A stretch of 64,000 nucleotides of DNA from Verrucomicrobiia bacterium. Lineage in GTDB: Bacteria; Verrucomicrobiota; Verrucomicrobiia; JADLBR01; JAIBCM01. Shown in pieces: positions 28,271 to 37,438 of this stretch. Both the position numbers and the translations under genes were made by a program. The notes under the pieces were generated by a model. The model did no database searches. It saw nothing but the letters and a program-made list of their open reading frames with translations, and had not been told where the DNA came from. The stretch is taken from NCBI GenBank assembly GCA_041395165.1, contig JAWLBA010000001.1, forward strand, positions 200,068-264,067, written 5' to 3'. Numbering within the stretch: the first letter of the stretch is position 1; every line of letters begins with the position of its first letter.

Positions 28271-29974
28271 TTACTCATCCTGAGCTTCAACATCCGCTGT
28301 TGTGACTCGCAATACTTCTTCAATGGTGGTTTTGCCATGAATCACTTTTTTCCAACCTGCCGCGCGCAACGTTTGCATGCCTTCTTGTAAGGCGGTTTCC
28401 ACCAATTCCGAAGTAGGACGCCGCCCCACTACAAGATCCTGCATGCGAGTGGACATCGTGCAGACTTCCATAATGGCAGTGCGGCCCACATAACCGGTGT
28501 TATGACAATGTTCGCAACCCGCAGCTTTTCGAATTTTTGAAACATGCTCTTTAGGAAAACCGATTTGATGCAGGTAATTTTCATCATAATCGCCAGAAGT
28601 TCGACACATCGGACACAGCACACGCACGAGACGTTGCGCAATAAACGCGCGCACTGACGAAGCAACGAGAAAAGGTTCGATGCCCATATCAATGAGACGC
28701 GTGATGGCGCCAATCGCGTCGTTGGTGTGTAAAGTGCTTAAAACCAAGTGACCCGTGAGCGCTGCGCGAATCGCAATTTCTGCCGTTTCCAAATCGCGCA
28801 TTTCTCCCACCATCACCACATTCGGATCACCACGAAGAATACTGCGCAACCCGCGCGCAAAAGTGAGGTCGATCTCCGGTTTCACCGCAATTTGAATGAC
28901 GCCTGGAATTTTATGTTCTACCGGATCTTCAATCGTAACAATACGACGATCCGTCGTGTTCAAACTCGAGAGAAATGTATAAAGCGTTGTTGATTTACCG
29001 GCGCCAGTGGGACCCGTTACGAGAATAATACCATTTGGCAATTTCAGAAGACTCTTTACTTTTGCTTCATCTTCTTCTTCTAAACCTAAGCCTTGAAAAT
29101 CGAAATGCATCTGTCCCAACAAACGCAAGCTTACCGATTCTCCTGTAACAGATGGAATTGTCGCGACGCGCACGTCGATCGGTTTGCCTTCCAACTCTAA
29201 ATTAATGCGACCATCCTGAGGCATGCGTCGCTCGGCAATATCCAAATGCGCCATGATTTTTAATCGAGAAATCACCGACGCTTGCAAAAGTTTAATCTGC
29301 GGTGGAACGGGCACATCATGCAAAACGCCGTCAATACGATAACGAATACGAAGATCATCTTCCAAAGGCTCAACATGAATATCCGTAGCGCGTTGCTCCA
29401 GCGCTTCGCGCATAATTTGGTTTACAAACTTTACTACAGACGCCTCGGGATCTTCCGCATCCAACACATTGGTTTCTTGTTTTAAATTATCCAACGCATC
29501 GTCATTAATGCGACCTTCTAACAACTGTTCAAACACATCGGCGCCAATCCCGTAACCTTGACGAAGCGCTTGCTGAATCAATTTGCGCGGTGCAATAGAC
29601 CAATTCACTTTTTCCGGCACGGCTTGATTGACAGCTTGTCGCGCAATGAAATTAAACGGATCAAAAGTGAGAATGGAAAGCGTGTTGTCATGCGATTCTA
29701 CCGGCAAGACTTGATGTCGCAACGCAATGCGAGCCGGCACTTTTTCGCGCAACGGCGCCGCGATGGCTGTTACCGGGGTTTGCCAGTAAGTTAATCCCAA
29801 CCATTCGCAAATCGCTTGAAGAAATTTATTTTCCTCGACCAAATTTTCATCCAAAACTGCTCCCACCAAAGAACGCTGTTGTTCTGCGGCAAGCTTTAAT
29901 GCTTTTTCGCATTCTTCCGTGCTACGGCAATTGGCTTGTTGCGCCAACGTCAGCAACTCATTGACAAGAGGCAT
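28271..29974 (-). CDS. gspE: Type II secretion ATPase GspE
   Basis: Walker A GPTGAGKSTT, Asp/His boxes, Walker B (VVMVGEMRD), and tetracysteine CPMC...CEHC. Start moved from the track's TTG (30001) to the ATG at 29974. Confidence 0.92.
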   Translation of the reverse strand: MPLVNELLTLAQQANCRSTEECEKALKLAAEQQRSLVGAVLDENLVEENKFLQAICEWLGLTYWQTPVTAIAAPLREKVPARIALRHQVLPVESHDNTLSILTFDPFNFIARQAVNQAVPEKVNWSIAPRKLIQQALRQGYGIGADVFEQLLEGRINDDALDNLKQETNVLDAEDPEASVVKFVNQIMREALEQRATDIHVEPLEDDLRIRYRIDGVLHDVPVPPQIKLLQASVISRLKIMAHLDIAERRMPQDGRINLELEGKPIDVRVATIPSVTGESVSLRLLGQMHFDFQGLGLEEEDEAKVKSLLKLPNGIILVTGPTGAGKSTTLYTFLSSLNTTDRRIVTIEDPVEHKIPGVIQIAVKPEIDLTFARGLRSILRGDPNVVMVGEMRDLETAEIAIRAALTGHLVLSTLHTNDAIGAITRLIDMGIEPFLVASSVRAFIAQRLVRVLCPMCRTSGDYDENYLHQIGFPKEHVSKIRKAAGCEHCHNTGYVGRTAIMEVCTMSTRMQDLVVGRRPTSELVETALQEGMQTLRAAGWKKVIHGKTTIEEVLRVTTADVEAQDE

Positions 29975-30028
29975 AAAGGTAAGATGTCGCTTAATTAACA
30001 AAACTTCAAGCTTTAGCGGGAAATAAAA

Positions 30029-30057
30029 TTGACATAAATTAAATGGTGATCTAAAAA
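30029..30057 (+). promoter_or_regulatory. Putative sigma70-like promoter (TTGACA, 17 nt spacer, TAAAAA) ahead of the 92-aa ORF
   Basis: TTGACA at 30029-30034 and TAAAAA at 30052-30057, with the ATG at 30069. Sequence match only, in the divergent gspE/30069 intergenic region. Confidence 0.3.
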
Positions 30058-30068
30058 ATATTCAGTTT

Positions 30069-30347
30069 ATGACGAATCAAGCAAATAAACTTGGTGGTCT
30101 TATTACAAGAAAAGATTTTATCTTTTATTCTCTTAGCGGATTTCTTTTTGCCTCTCTTCCTGCTTTTTTGAAACAGTCGTCGCGTTTCGAAGCAAAGCAA
30201 TATTTTTCAATTAAACCGATTCCGGGTGTTCATTATAAACCTTCTTTTCTGGCTTTCTGCAAAAAAGCAAGATTTGCATCGGCACAACAAGCGATTGCTT
30301 CGGTGAAAGACCCTCATATTCCTTATGCGATTGGCTATGAAGCTTGA
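30069..30347 (+). CDS. Small hypothetical protein with Tat-like/signal-anchor N-terminus
   Basis: 92 aa. GLITRKDFIFYSLSGFLFASLPAFL resembles a Tat-type signal with RK in place of RR. No family recognised. Confidence 0.4.
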   Translation: MTNQANKLGGLITRKDFIFYSLSGFLFASLPAFLKQSSRFEAKQYFSIKPIPGVHYKPSFLAFCKKARFASAQQAIASVKDPHIPYAIGYEA

Positions 30348-30451
30348 AAAATTTTTGACCTGTAGACCCGTTTCACTGAAGCGTTTTTTTAGCTCTTAAA
30401 CGGATTATAGGCTGCTCCCTGGGGGAAACTCCGGGGAGAATATTTTAAAAA

Positions 30452-32651
30452 ATGAAAACTTATACTCCTTTTCGAAAACGGCGAGGGAAACTTTCTTATC
30501 CGAAAAGTGAAATAGGGAAAACGCTTCAAGCCATTACCGCTTTGATTAAAAGTAATGAAATAGCGGAGGCGTTGGCGGAGCTTGATTCCTTAGCTCAACA
30601 AAGTGCAACTCAGGAGATTAAGTCTCAAATTTTATCTTTAGTGGGCGATTGCGAGTTTAAGCGTAGCAAATATGAAGCAGCTCAAAAGGTTTATGAGTCA
30701 GCGTTTCATTTGGTTTCTGAAACTTATTATGAGTGGTTGCGACCGGCTTTAGGCAAACTCAGGGCTTTTTTGATGAGTTATCAAATTGAGGAGGCTTATG
30801 TTTACGCTCAAAAAATATTTTCTTTAGCACAAGAAAAAAACCAGGCATTTCAGTCTTATGTCAGTCAGATCACATCGACTTCCCAAGCTATTACTGTTCC
30901 ACTTCGTCCTGTAAGCCCGGCTGAGTGTTGCTTATCCGAATCGGTTGTTATTTTCGGGAAAAGGGTGACAATGAAAAAGCAAAAGAATTTTCACAAGAGC
31001 AGGTGAAATTAACCCTAACCAGGCCATTCCATCTCAAATTCAATTAGCTGAAATTGAGTTGAGAAATAATCCTCAATCGGCTTTGGATTTGGCTCTGGTT
31101 GCTATTAAATCAGGTCAAGGGAGCAAAGCCAAACGATCGCTGCATGGCCCATTTTGATTCGTGCCTTGGTCAAATTGAATCAACCTTTTACCGATTCTTA
31201 TCTTAATGTTTTGGTACAAAAAAGCCGCCCACGTTGCGATCGCGCGCGATGTTGATAATTGTGCGAGAGTTGCGCCGTTTTTTCAACGACGAGAATGGCA
31301 GGTTTGGCCACGGTAGTTGGTTGCAGAAGATGGGGCGCAAGACTCCAGCGTGGCAGCGGAGATGCGAGGAAATGATTTTGTCCACAGAAAAACAAACTGT
31401 GGATGTGAGCGCGCAACGGGTTGAAAAAGCCAAAGCATTGTTGCAAACACCGGATCTTTGTCCGCGCGAATGGATTACTGCCTCAAAAACGGTTATCGAA
31501 ACGTCTTGTCGCTTGAATTTGGCATTTGATCTGGAAGGTTTAATAGGGCAAGCCGCGTCCTTGTTGATTCGGAAAAAATGTCTATTGTTCGACATAGCAT
31601 TGCGCGCTCCTGTTTTTGGGAGATCGGGCAGGTTGGCCAAACCTTTATTGGAACAAAATTAGCTACTATTTCACCGCAACATTCGCTCTGGGGCAAAACC
31701 GTTTTGGTCACTGACTCAATTATCGGAAGCGGCCGAAGATTATTCGTTAGCGGCTCATTATTATCTCAAACTGGCTCAGGAACCTTCGCAAGCACTTCGC
31801 TTTCGTCTCATGGCGCGTTTAAGCTGGTGCGAGTGTTTGATTGAAACGGGCGATTCTGTGGCGTTGCAAGCAGCTCAACCCGAAATTGAAAATTTGCTGG
31901 CCCAAACCCAAGACTTCAGTTTGCTCATGGATTTTGCGAGAAAACTTCGTTTTGTGCGAGGCCCGCTGCAAAATTTGGCCAAACCATTTTTTCTGAAAGG
32001 GGAAGCGATGGCTAGAGAAACGTTTCAGAAAAGTTCTTCGCCAAACTATGCCGTGAAAATTTTGAATCATCTCACGCGTCGGCAAGTGGATTTCAACCAC
32101 TTTGACCAAACCCTTGCACTTTGGCATTCCTTAACGCCAGAAAAGAAACAATGGCTTTGGAGCGATAAAATCGAATATTGGGATTATCTCTCTTACGTTT
32201 TTCGGCTTACGTCGTGACCAAACAAGCCAAACTTGGAAGGCTTTAGCTCAGAACTATCTCGAAAATCCTTCCACACCTGTTAACATCGGATCTTTAGGAG
32301 TTTCTTATGGTCTTTATCAACTCAATCAAGGTAACCAGCAAGAAGCTTTCCTATGGTTTGAAAAAGTTGTCGCTTCGGGTTTTAGTGCAGGTCAGACGGC
32401 TATGCCCACTACTGGTTGGCTTTGCGAGCGTTCAAACAAAACAATTTGGCTGAAACCAATCGACAAAGTCAGCGATTGCTTGCGATTTTGCCGCCGCGGC
32501 AGGCAACTCAAAAGAAAAAGCCCTAGGCGCCTGCGCGCTTTTGATTCAAAAACAACTCAATCGCGAAGCCGCTATTTTAGCTGCACCCGATCAGGAAAAA
32601 TATATTCAAGCCCAATGGTATCGGGTGACATCGGATTTAGAACGACTATGA
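30452..32651 (+). pseudogene. Decayed TPR-like gene of about 730 codons (about 7 frameshifts plus one in-frame TAG)
   Basis: Collinear fragments read through in successive frames. Frame (coordinate mod 3) goes 2->1 (30925-30945), 1->0 (about 31010), 0->2 (31120-31155), 2->1 (31207-31253). In-frame TAG at 31660-31662. Then 1->2 (about 32205), 2->1 (32386-32405), 1->0 (32480-32524), with stop TGA at 32649-32651. TPR-like segments such as IGCYFREKGDNEKAKEFSQEQVKLNPNQ and YSLAAHYYLKLAQEPSQAL. Confidence 0.6.
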
Positions 32652-32657
32652 AAATTA

Positions 32658-33568
32658 ATGGTTTATTTTTCTGTTAATAAGCTGGCTTTTGCCCACTTAA
32701 CACTTCAAGCTGGACGGGGTGATGTTCCGATCACAGCCACCGATACGAGTAGCGATGCTGGCACACGAGAAAACACCAAAACTTTGAAAATGGTTTATAA
32801 AGGCGAAGCTCGAACGGCTAGCTCGAAATCGCAGATGGCGGTTACGAAGAAAATGAGCCTCACTGGTATGGAGATGGCGTTGATGGCTCGCCCAGATCTT
32901 TAATCGCCACCTTCGAAGGCAGCAGTAGCACAACCGCTATGATCCATAGCGACGACCCCACGCGATGGCGAGGTTAATATTGAACTGGTGCCGGAAGATC
33001 CTAAATGATCCTGTGCCTATAGAAGGGGTCATTGGTGCCCATGGGGAATGGTTTAAAAATGGTTTTGCTCAAATTGGGCTTGGCGTGGAGATAGGAAAGT
33101 CAGGAGACTTTAAATTAGAGCAAAAATGGGCGGATAAATACGATAATCCAGATGTTGCTGTTAATAAACGTCTCTATGGCACTGGAGAATTTCATTTTAC
33201 TATTAACGGTTACATAGCGAAAAACTTCTCCGTCTTTGGCGTTGAAATTCAAACTCAAATTAAGTCGGAAGGCAGCGTCAATCTGGAAGTAAAAGTGGTA
33301 AATTATATGAAGAAGAATGGGATAAGCCTCCTGGCCCTTTATTAACAGGATATGGAACGGTAAGTGGTCAGGTGGCACCATATTTACATTAAGCGCGACA
33401 ATTCCGGTAAATAGTAGTAACATTGTTAGCATTACGGCAAGTGGTAAACCAAGATGATAGTTGGAATTCAAGGGTGAACTCGAGGCTGTCTCTGGTAAAT
33501 TTACAGTAAAGGCATCTGCTGTGACACCTTCCTTAATCGCAAGCTGCTCTGCAGGAAACTCCGAATGA
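32658..33568 (+). pseudogene. Remnants of a beta-rich secreted-protein gene (multiple frame switches and in-frame TGA-TAG)
   Basis: Collinear fragments: 32658-32903 (frame 0), 32822-32977 (frame 2), 32943-33008 (frame 0), 32965-33345 (frame 1, FHFTINGYIAKNFSVFGVEIQTQIKSEGSVNLEVKV), 33264-33392 (frame 0), 33377-33568 (frame 2, interrupted by adjacent TGA TAG). No family recognised. Confidence 0.35.
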
Positions 33569-33673
33569 TAAAGTGCAATTTGCTGATATAGAGTTAGATT
33601 TACCGACAATTAATATCCCTGTTTTACTTATTATACAAAGGTAGTGAAAGATAACTAATTGAAATATGATTTT

Positions 33674-34270
33674 ATGAAAAAAATTTTACTTTTAGCATTA
33701 AATCTTTTATTAAGCGGCAATGTGGCCATCACCCAAACCATTATCTATCCAAAACCTGTCATCGTTTTTTTTGATCCTCCACTGGTGATAGACCCGTCAA
33801 ATCCCAAAGATAGAACAGTGCCGCTTGTTGAATTATACGATAAATATAGGCTCGCCAAAACTTGGGAGGAGGTATTGGCGATTCATACGCCCCCTTCACA
33901 AAGATTGATTGAAAAAGCAGGAATGAAGGAAATGTTTTCATATCCTAATCCAAAGCGTGAAAATTATCCAGAAAGATATACTGCTTATGTTCAGACAATT
34001 GAGTCCACCCCTGTCATTTACGCGCAACAAATTGCACCTAATCAGAAAGATTCTAATTCTGATGATATATACTTTTTAACTACCCTTCGTCAGTTAGGAG
34101 GAAAATGGTATTATGATCAAACGATGACAGGTCATAAGCCATCGCCTTTGGCTACGATCATGATGATAACCAAACCCAAGGATTTAAAAGAGAAACTGGA
34201 GCTTTGGTTTGAAAAGGGCGATTACCAATCGGCAATTAAGTGGGAAGCTTTAAAAGATGTTAAAAAGTAA
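33674..34270 (+). CDS. Hypothetical secreted protein
   Basis: ATG at 33674 gives signal peptide MKKILLLALNLLLSGNVAITQ. AT-rich. No recognised domain. Confidence 0.5.
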   Translation: MKKILLLALNLLLSGNVAITQTIIYPKPVIVFFDPPLVIDPSNPKDRTVPLVELYDKYRLAKTWEEVLAIHTPPSQRLIEKAGMKEMFSYPNPKRENYPERYTAYVQTIESTPVIYAQQIAPNQKDSNSDDIYFLTTLRQLGGKWYYDQTMTGHKPSPLATIMMITKPKDLKEKLELWFEKGDYQSAIKWEALKDVKK

Positions 34271-34294
34271 ATAGTTTGTGAATTGGATTAGTAG

Positions 34295-34762
34295 GTGAAC
34301 TGTGCTCTTTTAATAGGCCTCATTTTTTTATTAGTAGGCATTTCAATGGTTATTCAATCATTGATTTATTTTTTTACAAGTGGGCTAGCGAGTTTTCATT
34401 GGAATCAAATTCAAGGGAGAATAACTCGATCCAAAATTATCATTGAACAGCCTAGCGCTCGAAAGCGCCAAGTTACCGATGGGATTGAGAGTATTCTTAT
34501 GAAGTGAGTGGTAAAACTTATTTTGCTAAAAATTATCGTCAAAATCCAAATGTTATTTCTTCTATTAATTTCTATCAAAAATTGGTTGATGCGAACCCTG
34601 TTAATGCGTTGGTCCAAGTTTTTTACCAACCAAGTTATCCTCAAAAAGCGGTTTAAAGCCAGGATTGGATTGGCAATGGTTTGTTTATTTTATTTCGTCT
34701 TTTATTTGTGTTGCGTTGGGTATATTTTTATTAATGCAAACTGCTTCCCTGAAAAATGCTAG
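34295..34762 (+). pseudogene. DUF3592-like membrane protein gene with two offsetting frameshifts
   Basis: N-terminal TM part (34295-about 34490, frame 2) and C-terminal TM part (about 34650-34762, frame 2). The family-typical middle (YSYEVSGKTYFAKNY...VQVFYQPSYPQKAV) reads only in frame 1 (34492-34650). In-frame TGA at 34505-34507. Confidence 0.5.
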
Positions 34763-34798
34763 CTTTCAAATCAGCTTTTGATTTATTGGATTTGAAAT

Positions 34799-35449
34799 AT
34801 GAATTTGAAATTTATATTGTTTCTTTTTTTTAGTTGTTTTGGGTTTTGGGGACAAAAACCTTGGCGAGTGATCCAAACAAATCTCTGGAATCTTTTAAGT
34901 TTTGCGGTTACTCATAGTAATTTCAGTTGTGAGATAGGACTACGAGTTTTCGAGCCACCGATCAAAATACAAGGCTCTAAAATCATTAACTCTGTTCCAC
35001 CTCCTGAATGGTTTCCAACTATGCAAATAATAGATAACGCCACTGATGAAAAATTTTTAACTTTGGTAACGTCTGATTTTGTAAGAATTAACCAATACGA
35101 TGAAAAAGCACTTGAAGAAGTTTTAAAATTCGAACGCAATATGAAACCCGATAAGCGACCCTATAATACAACTATTTTTTATGAAGTGCGCATAAGAAAA
35201 AGTGGAAAAGAAATCAGTGTTATTGCTTCTATTGCCGGTTTGCTTGATTCGCTTGATGAAACGCCTTATTCAGTTGCTTTAGAAATTTATCTCAAAGAAA
35301 AAGGAAAATGGTTAGTGCATGATTTCGTGGCTGAAAAAGATTGGCTTTTAAAATTTCCTCTATCCAATTTAGAAAAAATGAAGCAGATTACCTCAAAAGA
35401 TCAGGAATTAAAACTTGATGTAAATGGCAATTTTGAACCTGGTTTATGA
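34799..35449 (+). CDS. Hypothetical secreted protein
   Basis: Signal-peptide-like N-terminus MNLKFILFLFFSCFGFWG. 216 aa, AT-rich. No recognised domain. Confidence 0.5.
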   Translation: MNLKFILFLFFSCFGFWGQKPWRVIQTNLWNLLSFAVTHSNFSCEIGLRVFEPPIKIQGSKIINSVPPPEWFPTMQIIDNATDEKFLTLVTSDFVRINQYDEKALEEVLKFERNMKPDKRPYNTTIFYEVRIRKSGKEISVIASIAGLLDSLDETPYSVALEIYLKEKGKWLVHDFVAEKDWLLKFPLSNLEKMKQITSKDQELKLDVNGNFEPGL

Positions 35450-35901
35450 TCTTAGGTAGTTCAACTCAAAATCCAATTTGGTTTATCGCGGTTGTCTTGG
35501 CGGTAATCGGGCTTTTTATTTGGAACGCGATTAGTGCACCCAAACAAGGTTGGAACGTGTTAGCAGAAAAATTTAGGGCGGGGATGAAACCGGATGGGGC
35601 TAAAATTACGCAAATCACCGGTGTGATGAATGGTCGGAAACTTTATCCTAAAGGATTGACGGCTCTTATTTCCGAAGAGGGCATTTATTTAACAACGGGT
35701 TTTCCTTTTAGTTGGACTCATCCACCGCTTTTTATTAAGTGGTCAGATATGACAAATTTTAAAGAAAATCGCGTGGGCGAAGTGGGCTTTAATCTTCAGG
35801 CGACGGTGCAATATACGGATAAAAAATTGGAATTAGAGCTGCCGATTAAGTTAAGTGATGAGTTTAAGCAGAAGGTCGGAATTTGTCTTTCAACATTTTA
35901 A
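35446..35901 (+). CDS. Hypothetical membrane-anchored protein
   Basis: One N-terminal TM (IWFIAVVLAVIGLFIWNAI). ATGA-type 4-nt overlap with the upstream ORF. No recognised domain. Confidence 0.5.
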   Translation: MILGSSTQNPIWFIAVVLAVIGLFIWNAISAPKQGWNVLAEKFRAGMKPDGAKITQITGVMNGRKLYPKGLTALISEEGIYLTTGFPFSWTHPPLFIKWSDMTNFKENRVGEVGFNLQATVQYTDKKLELELPIKLSDEFKQKVGICLSTF

Positions 35902-37438
35902 AATCGTAGAAATAATTCCATCTAGTGAAGGTTCTTGGCTTTGAAGAATGGGGCTATAACCCAGTTGTTGGAGTTTTTGGGTTGTGATAGGGCCGATGCT
36001 GACGGCTTGCCAAGGTTCGGGAAGTTTGAGTTGGAGTTGATGCCAATGTTCGACGGCTGAGGCGCTGGTAAATACGATGCAGTCGACACCTTCGGTTTCT
36101 AAACGCGGACGGGTTTGAAACAGGTCGCGTGTTTCCAATTCGGTGCGATAAGCTTCTACTCGATTGACTCGAGCGCCGTGTTGAGTGAGATTATTGTGAA
36201 GTTCGGGCGCGGCGCGGTTGCCTTGTATGAGAAGAATTTTTTTGTCGCGAAGATCGAGTTGGGTTAATGCATGGCTTAAACTTTGCGAAGTGGATTGTGG
36301 TGCGATGAGATCGGCTTGCAAATGATAATGTTGGAGCTAAAATTTTGGCCGATTCTTTTCCCACTACGGCAATTTTAAGAGGCGCTAGTTGTCGAATATC
36401 TAAAGAAAGTTTTTGAAATTGTTGAAAGAAAGTTTCGATGCCATTGAGGCTGGTAAAAACTAGCCAATCATAATGCGCGCATGTGGTGACGGCGTTTTGT
36501 AGGGGTTCGGAGTCAATAAGAGGAGTGATTTTGATTAGGGGTAATTCCAAAACGTCGGCGCCAAGTAGGCGTAGTTTTTGGGCTAATTTTCCGGCTTGAG
36601 TTCGTGCGCGGGTGATGAGGATTTTTTTTCCGAAAAGCGGCTTTTTTTCAAACCAGTTTAATGTTTCTCTGAGGTTCACGACATCGCCCAGGATAATGAC
36701 GGCAGGAGCAGTGAGTTGTTGGGCTTCGACTTGATCCGCGAGTTTTTTTAATGTTGCAGAAACGGTTTTTTGGCGGCCATGCGTGCCCCATTGGATCACG
36801 GCGGACGGGGTTTTAGGATTAGCGCCTGCTTCCTTAAGTTTCTTGGTGATTTCTCGCAATTTGCCAACGCCCATCAGAAGAATGCGCGTGCCAGTGAAGT
36901 TGGCGATGAGGGAGTAATCTAAAAGGGTTTCTCCTTTTTTGGGGTCGACATGGCCCGTTGCGACAAGAAATGAAGAGCAATAATCGCGATGGGTGATGGG
37001 AATGCCTGCATAAGCGGCCACAGCGTTAATGGAGGAAATGCCAGGAACGACTTCGAACGGGACTTGCGCTTGGATGAGTTCTGTTGCTTCTTCTCCGCCG
37101 CGTCCAAAGATATAGGGATCGCCACCTTTCAGGCGTGCTACGATTTTGCCTGCTTTGGCTTTTTCGATGAGAAGTTGATTAGTTTCTTCTTGTTTGAGTG
37201 TGGGATTTCCAGAAAGTTTCCCAGCAAAAATAAGTTCCGCATCGGGTTTTGCCCAACGCAACAAGGAAGGATGACAAAGGTAATCGTAAACGATGACGTC
37301 TGCTTTTTGTAAGATGGCTTGGGCGCGAAGGGTAAGTAATTCAGGATCGCCTGGACCGGCGCCGATCAGATAGCAATGGCCGGGAATTGCGATTTCAAAT
37401 TTTGAATTTGAGATTGGCCATCCCATTAAGTAGCCCAT
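35890..37438 (-). pseudogene. cobA: Uroporphyrinogen-III C-methyltransferase / uroporphyrinogen-III synthase fusion (cobA-hemD), split by one frameshift (or a sequencing error)
   Basis: SUMT motifs CYLIGAGPGDPELLTLRA and GGDPYIFGRGGEE, then a HemD domain (KKILITRARTQAGKLAQKL...). The frame changes around 36330-36345. The 143-aa ORF 35890-36321 continues the HemD domain (ADLIAPQSTSQSL...ILLIQGNRA...). Confidence 0.75.

Noticed and set aside
31203-31844. ORFs 31203-31640 (-), 31198-31446 (-) and 31578-31844 (+) as separate genes.
   Set aside because: They overlap the collinear fragments of the decayed TPR gene. The 31578-31844 frame is bypassed once fragments 31234-31662 and 31810-32217 are seen to share one frame, interrupted only by a TAG.
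33115-33609. 164-aa minus-strand ORF in the decayed region.
   Set aside because: It has no start context, no motif, and overlaps the + strand beta-rich fragments that read collinearly. Probably spurious.
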